The notes beneath the pieces were generated by a model. That model did not search any database. It saw only the letters and a program-made list of their open reading frames with translations, and was not told the DNA's origin. The position numbers and the translations under genes are program-made. Shown piece by piece: positions 24,535-37,814 of a stretch of 64,000 bases of DNA. Numbering within the stretch: the stretch's first letter is position 1; the number at the start of each line of letters is the position of its first letter. Source of the stretch: Heterodontus francisci (lineage: Eukaryota); assembly GCF_036365525.1 (NCBI RefSeq), contig NW_027140453.1, positions 1,178,001 to 1,242,000 of the forward strand, read 5' to 3'.

Positions 24535-26130
24535 AGCTGAGGGAGGAAACATTATTTGGATTAGCATCCTTGAAAGTTGATAAATCACCAGGGCCGGATG
24601 AAATGAATCCGAAGCTGCAAAAAGAAGCAAGAGAAGAAATAGCAGAGGGTCTGACCATCTTTTTGCAGTCCTCACAGGTGTGGTGCCGGAGGATTGGAGA
24701 ATTGTTAATGTTGTGCCTCCGTTTAAAAAGGGAGAGAAGGATAGACTGACTAATTACAGGCCAGTCAGTCTGACCTCAGTAGTGAGCAAATTATTGCAAT
24801 CTATTCTGGGAGACAGGATAAACTGTCACTTAGAAAGGCATGGGTTAATCAAGGATAGTCAGCATAGATTTGTTAAGGGACGATCTTGTTTTATCAATTT
24901 GATCTAATTTTTTGAAGTAGTAACAAGGAAGATAGATGAGGGTCGTGCAGTTTACGTGGTCTACCTGGATTTTAGCAAGGCTTTTGAAAAGGCTGCACAT
25001 GGCAGACTGGTTAAAAAAACAAAATCCCATGGGATCCAGGGAAATGCAGCAAGGTGAATACAAAATTGGCTAAGTGGCAGGAAACAAAGGGTAATTGTTG
25101 ATGGGTGTTTTAGCGACTGGAGGGCTGTTCCCAGTGGCGTTCCACAGGGCTCAGCACTGGATTCCCTGCTTTTTGTGGTATATATTAACGATTTGGATGC
25201 AAATGTAGGGGGGCATTTTCAAGATGTATGCAGACAACACAAGGATTAGCCGTGTGGTAGATCGCGAGGTGGATAGCTGTAGGCTGCAGGAAGATATTGG
25301 TGGTCTTGTCAGATGGGCAGAAGAGTGGCAAATGGAATCCAACTTGGAGAGGTGTGAGGTGATGCATTTGGGGAGGTCAAACAAGGCAAAGGAACATACG
25401 ATTAATGGGAAAATACTGAGAAGTGTAGATGAAGTGAGGGAACTTGGAGTGAATGTCTCCAGATTACTGAAGGTAGCAGGACAGGTCGATAAGTTGGTTA
25501 AGAAGGCATATGGAATCCGTTCCTTTATTAGCTGAGGTATAGAATACAAGAGCAGGGAGGTTATGCTGGAACTGTATACATCATGGGTTAGGCCACAACT
25601 TGAGTACTGTGTGCAGTTCTGGTCACCTCATTGCAGAAAGAATGTAATTGCACTAGAGAGGGTACAGAGGGGATTTACGAGGATGTTGCCAGAACTGGAA
25701 AATGCAGCTATGCGGAAAGATTGGATAGGCTGGGGTTGTTCTCCTTGGAACAGAGAAAGCTGAGGGGAGGTCTGTTAGAAATGTAAAAAATATTGAAGGG
25801 GCCTGGATAGAGTGGAGGTGAAAGGTCTATTCATCTTGGCAGAGAGATCAGTGACGAGGGGGAAGAGATTTTATGTGATTGTTAGAAGAATTGGAGGGGA
25901 GAAAAGGAAAACCTTAGAAGTGGTGGGGGTCAGGTACTCGCTGCCTGAAAGGGTTGTTGAGGCAGACACTCTCAACTCATTCAAAGGAGTCTGGATATGC
26001 ACCTCAAGTGCCGTAATCTGCAGGGCTATGGACCAAATGCTGGAAGGTGTGATATGAACAGGTGGATTGTTTTTCAGCCGCCACCGACACGATGGGCCAA
26101 TTGGCCTCTTGCTGTGCCTTAAACTTTCTA
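24535..26130 (+). mobile_element. CR1-like LINE ORF2 (reverse transcriptase) fragment, decayed
   Basis: KSPGPD, NYRPVSLTSVV, GVPQGS, YADNT, RPQLEYCVQFWSP motifs with stops and frameshifts. Confidence 0.92.
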
Positions 26131-27164
26131 CGATTCTATTGGAGTGATAGAGTGTATGTGAAAGTGCCAAGGAATGAGAGAGAGACATAGTGCGAGACAG
26201 AGTCAGAGAGGATGATATGGTGAAAAACAGTTAGAGTAAAAGAGAGGCAGTGATAGAGATAGATGGAGAAAGGGAGAAAAAGATCTCTGTCTATTTATCT
26301 ATACAGCTATCTATCTATCTCTGTAGCTATCTGTCTATCTTTCTCTCTATCTATATATCTGCATGGCTGTGTGTCTGTCTGTCTATCTGTGTCAATTTGT
26401 CTCTCTATCTGTATGAATCCGTCTGTCTGTCTTCATATCGACCTATCTGCATATCTGTCTGTCTATCTAACAATCTATTTGACTATTTGTCTATCTATCT
26501 GTCTACCTATCTGTCTGTCTATCTATCAATCTGTCTACCCATCTGTCTNNNNNNNNNNNNNNNNNNNNNNNNNNNNNNNNNNNNNNNNNNNNNNNNNNNN
26601 NNNNNNNNNNNNNNNNNNNNNNNNNNNNNNNNNNNNNNNNNNNNNNNNNNNNNNNNNNNNNNNNNNNNNNNNNNNNNNNNNNNNNNNNNNNNNNNNNNNN
26701 NNNNNNNNNNNNNNNNNNNNNNNNNNNNNNNNNNNNNNNNNNNNNNNNNNNNNNNNNNNNNNNNNNNNNNNNNNNNNNNNNNNNNNNNNNNNNNNNNNNN
26801 NNNNNNNNNNNNNNNNNNNNNNNNNNNNNNNNNCTATCTATCTATCTGCCTGTCTCTGCTGCCTATTGCATGGTGCTGTACACCAATTGGCTTCCGTGTT
26901 TTAAGTACACTGCTCTCTGAAATGACCTAGCAAACTCTTCAGTTATCTACAAGGCAGCACACACCTTCTCCAGGGCAATTAGCGATGTTGAATAACTACT
27001 GGCCTTCTCAGAGGGACCCAGGTCCCCAGAATGAATTTTTAAAAAATCAAAACAAGGGAAGAAGTTGCAGAGGATCTGACTATCATTTTCCAGTTCTTAG
27101 TTGGCTGTTAACTGCTTTGGGGCGTCTTGAAGTCGTGGAAGACCTGATATAACTTTTTTTCTTA

Positions 27165-27685
27165 TTCCTTCATGGGACGTGAGTTTCTTTCACAAGGCCA
27201 GCAATTATTTCACAACACTGATTACCCTTGAGAAGGTGGTGGTGAGCTGCCTTCTTGAACCATGGGGGGTAGGTACACCCACAGTGCTGTTGGGAAGGGA
27301 GTTCCCGGATTTTGACCCAGTGTCAGTGAAGAAACGGCGATATAGTTCCAAGTCAGGATGGTGTGTGACTTGGAGGGGAACTTGCAGGTGGTGGTGCCCC
27401 CATGTATTTGCTGCCCTTGTCCTTCTAGTTGGTAGAGTTGGTTGGTTTGGAAGGTGCTGTCTAAGGACACTCGATGCTTTGCTGCAGTGCATCTTGTTGA
27501 TGGTACACACTTCTGCCATGTGATAAAGGGAGTGAGTGTTGAAGGTGGTAGATGGGTTGCTGATCAAGAGGGCTGCTTTTTCCTGGATGGTGTTGAGCTT
27601 CCTGAGTGTAGTTGGAGCTGCACCCATCCAGGTAGGTGGAGAGTATTCCATCACACTCCTGACTTGTGCCTTGTAGATGATTGAT
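27165..27685 (-). mobile_element. Non-LTR retrotransposon 3' fragment
   Basis: IYKAQVRSVMEYSP...HHHLQVP; same family at ~37325-37720, 41320-42420, 47010-47200 and 49215-49765. Confidence 0.8.
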
Positions 27686-28041
27686 ACTCTATCCATCACT
27701 TCACAATGGTGATGTAAACTATCTGTCTTAATTACATCATTAATTAACCTTTTAATTAATCAAGTATGAGACAGCGTCTGTGATTTAGTTTTAACATACA
27801 CAGTGCCAGAAATTAAACAGTGTAGACGAGGACTTTGAAATTTTGCAGGGGATCTGAGGCACATCTCTTTCTTTCCTTCTCTCTCTTCCTCGTACCTTCT
27901 GCTATTCCCTGTCATTCAGCCCTTGATGAAGGTTCAGGAATCCGGGAATCACCAGCTTGGAAAACGGCCGGTGAGGCAGGGAGAGACATTAACCATTGTC
28001 ACTGCTCCTGTATGTCAGTCAGTTGTGTTGTTCACCCTGTT

Positions 28042-28080
28042 GGTTTTTGTACTGGCACTAAGGCAGTCTGCAGCGCTGTG
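28042..28080 (-). promoter_or_regulatory. 23-RSS of V11
   Basis: CACAGCG, 23-bp spacer, ACAAAAACC. Confidence 0.92.
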
Positions 28081-28896
28081 CTCACTGGCTGCACAGTAAT
28101 ACACTGCCGCATCCGCAGCCTTAACCTTGAGGACCCTCAGGCTGCATCGTCTCTCCTCGGGCCTTAAAATCTTCACCTCCTCCTCAAATTTTCCTTCGTA
28201 TGTGACTGGGATTCCATTAATAGAATGACCCATTAGGGTGAGCCCCTGCCCGGCATACTGCCGATACCACAGCATAACGCTCTTACTACTGTCATTCTGG
28301 TAACAGTTTAATTCTGCTGGTTCACCTCTCTTCCCCACCACCAGAGTTGGCCACTGGTGTATCACCTCTGCTAGAGTTTTGCCTTGAGAAATAAGGAGAA
28401 TAGTTTAAAAAGTTTAGAACATATTGTGACATATGATAACCAACTATAACTATCCAAATAGATAAGTAGATAATACTAGATAACTATATAGGCAGACAAT
28501 ATATAGTTAAATGATATATTTGTAGATATATAGATAATACACAGATAGATATAGAGATTGTAAAATAATGTAGCAAGTGATATGAGACAGACAAATTAAC
28601 CCAGAATTAGGGAAAACTTATCGGTTAAAGATAGGTATAGTAGCGTCACGAATATATAAGTAATTTTTATTCAGTCATAAATTTCATTAAGTAAATATTA
28701 TTTACAGTGAAAGTAAAGTATGTAGTTTAAGAAATGACAGAAAATCGACTGCAATGATGTTGTATCAATCTAGTTTGATAGAAGTTAGTAGTGAATGAAA
28801 ACACAGCATGTATTTTAGCAGAGGTATCTTTATGAACGATGAATACCTACATGGAAGAAGAGAACAGACGATTAGGAAGAGTTTGACTAACTGCAT
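28081..28896 (-). CDS. TRBV: V11: TRBV-like segment (family 4), apparently functional. Leader 28896-28851, V exon 28382-28081
   Basis: Leader MQLVKLFLIVCSLLP; EVIHQWP...NCYQND..SVMLWYRQYAGQGLTLMG...YYCAASE. Confidence 0.93.
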
Positions 28897-29774
28897 CCTG
28901 CAGACTGGGGGCTGAATCTGTTCATGAACCAATATCAGGCGGCTGAAGATAAAGCAGAGAGCGGAAATGACAGCACTGGAAGCAGGGTTTCCTTCTGACC
29001 CCTCACTTCTGGGTATGACAGAATAATAACACCCCCTGGTCGGAAGGAGCTTGAATAAGGAACTGCTTCCCGTCTGTATCTGGGTCTCGTTGGTTATGTC
29101 TGATTGGTGTTGTATAGTGTGGCTCTTTCGAACAGACGGGCCAGGCTCAATGGGCTGAATGGCCTCGGCTCTGCTGCATGATTCTATAAATATATAAGAC
29201 ACATCAAGTGGCTTGTTTATATTAGGCAGATAAAGATTTATTTCCCCTTTGCTAAACGACAATTCAAGGGCGATGTTTTACATTGTGGTGAAATGTTAGA
29301 TACTTTGAAAAGCGACAGTGTCATGAAGAAGTGGGTTAACTGTTTTAAACAGATGCTCAAACTGCCGTCAGGAGGCAGGTGTTCCAGTGAGAGACCTATC
29401 TGGGGAGGTGTCTCACTTTTGCATTGGATGAATCACTGGGGACATGTACAACAGGGAGCTATGTGTAACTCCTGTCATAAACCACCGACAGCTCATTCAA
29501 CAGGACCATGAACCCATTTACCCCACCTCGGAATCTGTTCTTTACAGGTAGAGGCTGCCTTAACGAGAAGGATCTGAGCACATTGCTGCAGCATTTTTAA
29601 TAATTCATAATGTATTGATGTACTCTGTGTCGAAGGAGAGCAAGAAGATGAAACTATCAGTAAAATACAAATCATGATAGATCAATAATTAAACTGGTGT
29701 GGTGCAAATAATGGGGTTAGATAGATGATAAACGTCAGATATATGGTGGATGCATATTTAGAGAGGTGAGAGAC

Positions 29775-29858
<84 letters not shown>
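29775..29858. repeat. (GATA)n microsatellite
   Basis: About 20 uninterrupted AGAT units. Confidence 0.95.
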
Positions 29859-30010
29859 GGATGCAGAGACGCACAAAGAGACACAGAAACTCGCAGATAG
29901 TCAGAGAGACAGAAAGACACTGAGATAGACAGACAGGTTTATCTCCCACACGTGCTTTCCTGCCCCTTTAGAGTTTTTGCTGAACTCCAGCGCCTTTCTG
30001 AGTCACTGTG

Positions 30011-30294
30011 CAGACTCCAGGCACAGCAATACACGGCTGATTGAATCGCCAACAGGCTGGAGGACTCCAGGTAAAACTGGGTGTTGTCGGGTCTCCTGGT
30101 GGTGAAACCGTCCACCTCACTGGAGGGATTGATCGTTCTGGTGAAGCTGGAATAGAAAAGGTTCTCGGATTCATGGTCCGGATGCCACCAGTACCAGTAG
30201 AAAGATTCTGTGTAAATACACTGGATACTGACTGGACAGCGTGGGGAATGGGATATGGAAGTGGGAGACTGTTGGTTCAGCACGGCCCCTACAT
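30011..30294 (-). pseudogene. TRBV: V12: family-5 TRBV exon, probably a pseudogene (no leader found, CDR1 deleted)
   Basis: CIYTESFYWYWW versus CIYTEATASSVFYWYRW in V15; YCC in place of YYC; RSS 29972-30010 is CACAGTG-23-GCAAAAACT; intron homology stops at ~30370. Confidence 0.8.
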
Positions 30295-32579
30295 CTGTAA
30301 AACCGAGAGAGAAAGAGAGAGATACACCCAGGGACAAGGTTTAAATTGACATCGTCCACGAAGAGGGGGCAGGTACGATGGGCCGAACGATCTCTTAAGT
30401 GTCCTTAATGTCCCGTGTTTCTATGTAAGAAGGGAGAGGTGAGAGAGGGAGAGATGCGCAGAGAGAGAAAGAGAGACTCAGAGAAAGACATAGAATGATA
30501 AAGAGTGAGAGAAAAGGAGAGAAGCAGAGACAGAGAGAGAGAGAAGCACACAGACAGAGGGAGAAAAACAGCAACAATCCATACATGGACAACAGACATG
30601 AAGGAGCTAAGAGGACAGGGAGAGAGAGAAAGAGAGACAGAGAGAAAGGGAGAGTGGGAGGGACAGACATAGAGGTACATATATCGTTAGACAGAGAGAA
30701 AGAGATATGTAAATAAATATTGATAGATAGAGATTCTATATAGATAGATAGTGAAATAGGCAGATATACAGATAATTAGATAACATAGATAGACAGATAG
30801 ATAGAGTGATGGATGGAGAGACAGATACATAGACGGAGAGATAGATAGATATAAAGTTAGATATGCAGATTCATAGATAGATAGATTCAGAGAAAGGGAG
30901 ATACAGAGAGATAGATGGTGCAATAGACATTCTGATAAAGACCAGAGGTGTAATGAACAACAATACTGTCATGTATGGGGTAAATGTCACTCTAACACGT
31001 GCTTTTATAGTTTAGCTGCCAGTCTTAAAAATAAAGTACTGTTGTTCTGAAGGATTCACTATCACACCATTTGTACAAAATGAATACATTTTATTTACCT
31101 TCTAAACACTAATCTGCACACAGGAAACAGATTCCCCCGCCCCTTTGTGTGAAGGAGTACTTCCTGACATCACTCCTGAATAGCCTGGCTCGATGTTTGG
31201 GTTTAGACCACCTTGTTCTGCCCCCGTGCCCCGCCCTCAACAAGAGGAAATAGTTTATCTCCATCTACCCTATCAACACATTCAATCATTTTAAACACCT
31301 CAGTCAGATCACCATTTAATCTTCTATACCTGAGTGAATAAGGAACAAGCAATGTAAACATGTTGGGTGTTGCATTTCCTTCACCCTTGATTGACTGATC
31401 AAAGATATTTTCAGAAACTCTGAACACAGGAAATCTTTCATAGAATCAGAGACTGGTTACAGTACAGAAGGAGTCCATTCCGCCCATCGAGTCCATGCCA
31501 GCTCTCTGCAAGATCAACCCAGCCAGTGCAACTCCTCCTATCTCTCCTGTCAATTCAATTTGTCGCCATAACCACCTGCAAATTCCTCTGCGCTGTTTCC
31601 TTCGCATGCTCTTGTGGAAGGACTTTGTCAGCACAACACAGCAACAGAATCGCATTGTACAGAGAGACACAGAGACAGGGAAGGCACCGTTAGTATGTGT
31701 GGTTATCAGAGTGCAGCTGTAAATGTTTCAACATGTTCACGGATGCAGCAAGGAAAAAACAGCCTGTTTTGTGGGTTTAACCGACACACCTTTGTATTTT
31801 TCCACTCCTAGGCCCGAGGCAAAACAGTAGGTTAAAGGGTAAGGTAACAAAGTGTTATGTTCCTGGGCTAGTAATGTAAAGGCCTGGGCTAATAACCTGG
31901 AGATGTGAATTCAAATCCCAGCATGCTGGATTATTTCAATTCCCTTCATTAGATAAAGCTTGATTGATGAAAAGCTGCTCTCAGTCATGGTGAACATCAA
32001 CCTACAGTATTGGACAAAAAACTCATCGTCACTGAGAGAAAGAAACCTGCCATCCTTATCTGGTCTGGCCTAAGAGGTGACTCCAGTCCCACAACAATAT
32101 GGTTGATTCTTAAAGGGCCCTCTGAATTGGCCGGGCAAGACAGTCGGTCATACAAAAGCTGTGACGGGAACAGACAGCAATGGGGGTGGGCTCATCGCCA
32201 TCTTCTCAAGGACGGTGAGGTGGTGGGCACTGAATTCTGCATAACAGTGCCACAACCACATCCTGTGAATGAAAGCAGATAGAGAGATTGAGAAATATAA
32301 TAGAATAGAGGCCTCAACACGGGTGTGTGTACACTGCATGGCCTGTCCTCACCCCCAGACACATCATCTGGTCTGTTTCAATCTTTCCCCTCACTGCTCT
32401 GTAGCTAACCCCAGCCTCTTCCATGCAAGCGATACATGCACAGTTACTTGGCTGAGCTCCCATCCAGCATCCCTGATTAACATTCCCCAGTAACCCTCCA
32501 TCCTAAACTCCCACAAAATGCTCATGTGCCTGCTGTGTTATTTCCACCAACTTCACCAATCCCTTTCGACACCCCTAAA

Positions 32580-33455
32580 TGTTGGTGTTGTTCTCCTGCT
32601 GAAGATGTTGTTGAATTTGTTGGTGTCTTCTTCCGACTGAAGTTGTTGTTGAACTTCTTGGTGCCTGCTTCTGACTGAAGTTGTTGTTGAATTTGTTGGT
32701 GCCTTCTTCTGACTGAAGTTGTTGTTGAATTTGTTGGTGCTTTCTTCCGACTGAAGTTGTTGTTGGATTTTTGGTGTTTTTCTCTCCTGCTGAAGTTTTT
32801 GTTGGATTTGTTGGGTTTTGTTTTACTGCAGCTGAAATTGTTGTTGCATTTTTTGGTGTTTTTCTCCTGCTGAAGTTATTGTTGAATTTGTTGGTGTTTT
32901 TCTACTGCTGAAGTTGTTGTTGAATTTGTTGGTGCTTATCACCTGCTGACTGAAGTTGTTGTTGAATTTGTTGGTGTTTTTCCCTGCTGAAGTTGTTGTT
33001 GAATTGTGGGGCTTTTTAACTGTTGCTGAAGTTGTTGTTGTATTCGTTGATTTTTTTCCTGCTGAAGTTGTTGTTGAATCTGTTGGAGTTCTTTACTGCC
33101 TGCTGACTTTGTTGTTGAATTTTTTGGTGTTTTTCTCCTGCTGAAGTTGTTGTTGTATTCATTGATTTTTTTTTTCCTGCTGAAGTTGTTGTTGAATTTG
33201 TTGGTGTTCTTTAATCCCTGCTGACTTTGTTGTTGAATGTTTTGGTGTTTTTCTCCTGCTGAAGTTGTTGTTGTATATGTTGAATGTTTTTTTCCCGCTA
33301 ATGTTGTTGAATTTGTGGTGTTTTTCTCCTGCTGAAGTTGTTGTTGTAATCGTTGATTTTTTTTTTCCTGCTGAAGTTGTTGAATTTGTTTGTGTTTTTC
33401 ACCTGCTGAAGTTGTTGTTGAATTTGTTGATATTTTTCTTGAATTTGTTGCTGTT
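32580..33455. repeat. ~36-38-bp minisatellite (CTGCTGAAGTTGTTGTTGAATTTGTTGGTGTTTT)
   Basis: More than 20 degenerate units; related arrays at ~40580-40645 (opposite strand), 41025-41310 and 42430-42660. Confidence 0.9.
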
Positions 33456-33899
33456 TTACTCCTGCGATGCAGTGTTAGAGGGGGCCAATTTGCCACCAAT
33501 AATATTGTCCTCCTCAGCACAGATGCCACCGGATGTAAGGAACTATGCATAATGATCCAACAACAAAGCATGTGCTTAGACTACACAGGTCAATGGGATG
33601 AACAAATGAGTAACATTTCATTGGCTAGTATTGGGTTTTGTTTTGGTGACATCCTGGGACTGTACAGAGGACAACCTCTGATGTCCAGAAGGGCAGAACT
33701 GCACAGTCAGAGGGGGCAATCCTCAGCAATGATTATCCTCCAATCAAAATTGCACCGACAATAACCACAGATGATCTGGACATTATTGCCTGTTCGATGG
33801 ATCTTGCTTTGTAGAAACTGGCTGCCACTGTTCCTATCTTGCAGCAGTGGCTGCACTTCGAAGAAGTACTAGCAACGAATATGGGATTAGTAAAGCACT

Positions 33900-34500
33900 C
33901 GGGTTCTTGGGCTTTATAAATGGAGGCATGGAGCACAAGCGCTGGGAAGCTATGATGAACCTTTCCAAAGCTCTGGTTAGGCTGTAACTGGAAGTTTGCG
34001 TTCAGTTCTGGTCACCACACTTCAGGAAGGATGTGAGTGTCCATGACAGGGTGCAGAGGAGATTTTACCAGAATGGTTCCAGTGATGTTACATGGTTATT
34101 TTGGAGAATCTGGGGTTGTTTACCTTGGTGCAAAGGCAATTGAGGGGAGATCTGATAGAGGAAACAAGATTGTGACAGTGTTAGTTAAGGTAGACAGAGT
34201 AAACCTGTTCCCATTCGTGGATGGTGCAAGGACTATTGGTCACAGATTGATGATTCTGGACAATAGATACTGGGGTATTTGAGGAAGAACCTCTATACAC
34301 AGTGAGTGGTAACAACAGGGAATTCACTGCCTACCAGGGTGGTGGAAGTGGAGACAATGAATGATTTCAAAAGGAAATTGAATGGATACCTGAAGGAGAT
34401 AATCTTGCTGGGCCGCAGGGATAGAGAGGGGGAATGGGCTTGACAGGATTGCATGGACTCGATGGGCCGAATGGCCTCCTTCTGTACCATACTGGCTGTA
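33900..34500 (+). mobile_element. CR1-like LINE 3' fragment
   Basis: CAGTTCTGGTCACCACAC...GATGGGCCGAATGGCCTCCTTCTGT 3' end as in other CR1 copies here. Confidence 0.75.
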
Positions 34501-34655
34501 TGACTTTCTGGCTAACTGGCTGTAAAGTGTTTTCAGATGAAATGGTGTTGCAAAGGTCACCAATAGGGATACACAGGGGCTCGATGGTTTGCTGAGCTTT
34601 CCAGACGATGCTGCTCACAGGTGGGTGTTTTAGGGGCAGGTTGGGAGAGTGAGGA

Positions 34656-34694
34656 TGTTTTTGTCTCACTCTGCCGCAGGGTTGTATCGCTGTG
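34656..34694 (-). promoter_or_regulatory. 23-RSS of V13
   Basis: CACAGCG, 23-bp spacer, ACAAAAACA. Confidence 0.9.
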
Positions 34695-34992
34695 CCCACA
34701 CTTGCTGCACAGTAGTAGGTCGCAGTGTCTGTCGACTGGGGGTCGCCCAGCTGCAGGGAGAATCGGTTGCTTGCAGAGTCGTGTTGCACATTGAACCGCT
34801 TCTCAAAGCCTGGCCCACAGCTGCTGTATTCATTGCACATCCACTCTATTGCCTTCCCCTCCTGCCTGTACCAGTGCATGGTGTAGCTGCCCATGCTGGC
34901 TCCCTCCAAGCTGCAGCCAAGGGCGAGGGGCTTCCCCGGTCGTATAGAAGCCGCGGCTGGAGTCTGGACCGCAGTGGGTGCAGACTGAACCC
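34695..34992 (-). CDS. TRBV: V13: divergent TCR V exon (family 6, short CDR2, two extra Cys). Candidate leader 35429-35354 is uncertain
   Basis: Acceptor TTCCAG|GG; AVQTP...GCSLEGASMGSYTMHWYRQ...IEWMCNEYSSC...DTATYYCAASVG. Confidence 0.85.
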
Positions 34993-35559
34993 CTGGAACA
35001 CATTCCATAAAAGAAAGTAATTCAGAATCATGGAAGGAAAATGGTAGCATAAATCATAAAATCTAACAGAATAGAAAGAGGCCGTTCTGCCCATCGTATC
35101 TGCGCTGGCTGTTTGAAAGAGCTATCGAGTTAGTCGCACTTGCCCCTGCTCCTACCCCATTGCCCTCCCAATTTCCCCGCTCCAAGCCCTGATCCAATAG
35201 CCATTTGGGAGATTACTATTGAATCTACTTCCTCCTGCTGAAGGGATACCACTTACACCAAATCCAATGTCCAAGCAATAAGATGACCAAGATTGAGATG
35301 TTTTTAGCTGAGACTGCCATCGCCCTTCTCAGAAGCAGAGAGGCAGCCCTTACTGAGCAACAAGCCAGTGCCTGGTAAATGGAAATGCCACCGGTTGTGA
35401 TGAAGAGAGTGGAACGATTGGCCGCCCATCCTGTACCTCGACCACGCCTGTCAGCAGAGTGAACAAATGAGGAGCACTTCCCTCGGCAACATTGCTGTTA
35501 TTTATGCAGATTGCTGCAAGCCCCTTAGCCCGACTTTCCCTCTTCCCTTCCCAACATTC

Positions 35560-36975
35560 CCACCTTTCCTTCGATGGAATATTGCCTTATTTTTTGATTG
35601 GCCAGGAACGTGCTGACCATGCGAAAGATAGGTAGGAAAACAAATTGTGAGGAGGGCACAAAGAGTCTGCAGAGGGTTATAGATCGGTTAAGTGAGTTGG
35701 GCAAAAAATTGGCAGATGGAGTATACTGTGGGCAAATGTGAGATTGCCCAATTTGGCAGGAAGAATGGGAATTCAGAATATTATTTAAATAGAGAGAGAC
35801 TGCAGGACTCCACAGTACAGAGGGATCTGGGTGTCCTGGTACGTGAATCACAAAAAGTCAGCATGTAGGTACAGCGCGTGATTAGGAAGGCAAATGAAAT
35901 GTTGTTGTTTATTGCAAGGGGAATCGAATTCAAAAGTAGGGAAGTGTTGCTACAGCTGTACAGGGCCTTAGTTAGACCACATCTGGAGTAATGTGGACTG
36001 TTTTGGTCTGCATAATTGTCTTATGAGGAAATGTTGAGCAGTTTGAGCCGATACCCACTGGAGTTTAGAAGAATGAGAGGTGATCTTATCGAAACATGTC
36101 ATATTTTAAGGGGGATTGACAGCGTGGAAGCCGAGAGGATGTTTCCCCCTGGTGGGCGAATCTAGAACTAGGCAGCATAATTTCAAAATAAGTGATTGGC
36201 AGATGGAGTATAATGTGGGGAAGAATGAGGTTCTTCACTTTGGTTGAAAGAATATAGTTTTTTATAAGGCGTCAATCTTCTCAATGTTGATGTTCAGAGA
36301 GGCTTGGGTTTCTCAGTACATGAGACTCAGTAAGTTCACATGCAGGTGCAGCAACAAATTCGCAAGGCAAATGGCCTGTTGGCCTTTATTGCAAGTGGGA
36401 TTGGAGTACAGGAATAAGGAAGTCTTGTTACAATTGGCCAGCGCTTTGGTAAGATCACACCTGCTTTACTGTACACAGTTTTGGTCTCCACATCCGAGGA
36501 AGGCTACACTTGCCTTGGTGGCAGTACAGCGAAGGGTCACTCCATTGGTTCCTGGGATGAAAGGTTTGTCCTATGATGAGAGAGCCTGTAGTCTATGGAG
36601 TTTAGAAGAATGAAAGGTGATCTCAGTGAAACATGCAAGATTCTGAAGGGGCTTGATAGGGTAGACACTGAGAAGTTGCTTCCCCTGGCTGGGGAATCTA
36701 TTTCAGCCTCAGGATAAGGGGCCAAGCATTTAGGACTGAGATAAGGAGAGGTTTCTTCACTCAAAGGGTGGTAAATCTTTGGAATTCCCTACCCCCGGGG
36801 GTGGTGGATGCTCCATTATTGAATATATTTCAGGTTGTGATAGACTGATATGTGGTCACTCAGGGACTGAAGGGATATGGGGAGCGGGTGGAAAAGTGGA
36901 GTTGTGTTAGAGGATCAGTCATGATGGTATTGAATGACAGAGCAGGATCGACGGGCCGAATGGTCTACTCCTGCT
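35560..36975 (+). mobile_element. Two adjacent CR1-like LINE 3' fragments
   Basis: WQMEY, ALVRSHLLYCTQFWSP-like translations occur twice. Confidence 0.8.
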
Positions 36976-37814
36976 CCGATTTCTCATGTTATTCTGAAAT
37001 CTAGTCATTTGATTCATGATGATTCCATTAACACAATCTAAAAACCCGTTTACTTTAACTGCAGGCTCTTTACATCAGTCTTCACCCTTCACTGATCTGA
37101 CCAGAATAATTCTCTGCTGGCCTCTTTCAGTATCTTCCCTGCAATTGGATTAATTTTTGGTCCCATCAACGTACATAACACAACATTTGCCTAAATTTAA
37201 TGCCAGTTGCCATTGTGTGGCCTTATCCCCTGCCACAAGTAAATCACTTTGGATTCCACAGGACCCCTCTACTGTCTTAACCCGTGCACAGATTTTAGTG
37301 ACATCTGCAAACATTCTTTTCTTATTTCATTGGATGTGGGAGTCACTGGCCAGGCCAGCAATTATTGCCCATCCCTAATCGCCCTTGAGAAGGTGGTGGT
37401 GAGCTGCCTTCTTGAGCCACTGCAGTCCATGTGAGGTAAGTACACCCACAGTGCTGTTAGGAAGGGAGTTCCAGGAGTTTGACCCAGCGACAGTGAAGGA
37501 ACAGCGATATAGTTCCAAGTCAGGATGGTGTGTGACTTGGAGGGGAACTTGCAGGTGGTGGTGTTCCCATGCGTTTGCTGCACTTGTCCTTCTAGATTGA
37601 GGTCGCGGGTTTGGAAGGTGCTGTCGAAGGAGCCTTGGTGCGTTACTGCAGTGCATTGTGTAGCTGGCACACACTGCTGCCACTGTACGTTGGTGGTGGA
37701 GGGAGTGAATATTTAAGGTGGTGCTTGTTTAGTTAGATTCCCCCAGCTGCTGTGGTGGGATTTGAACTCCTGTGCTCTGGATCATTCGGTCGAAGCCTCT
37801 GTATTACTAGTCCC

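Noticed and set aside
32939-33571. 210-aa Q/N/T-rich ORF
   Set aside because: Translation of a minisatellite
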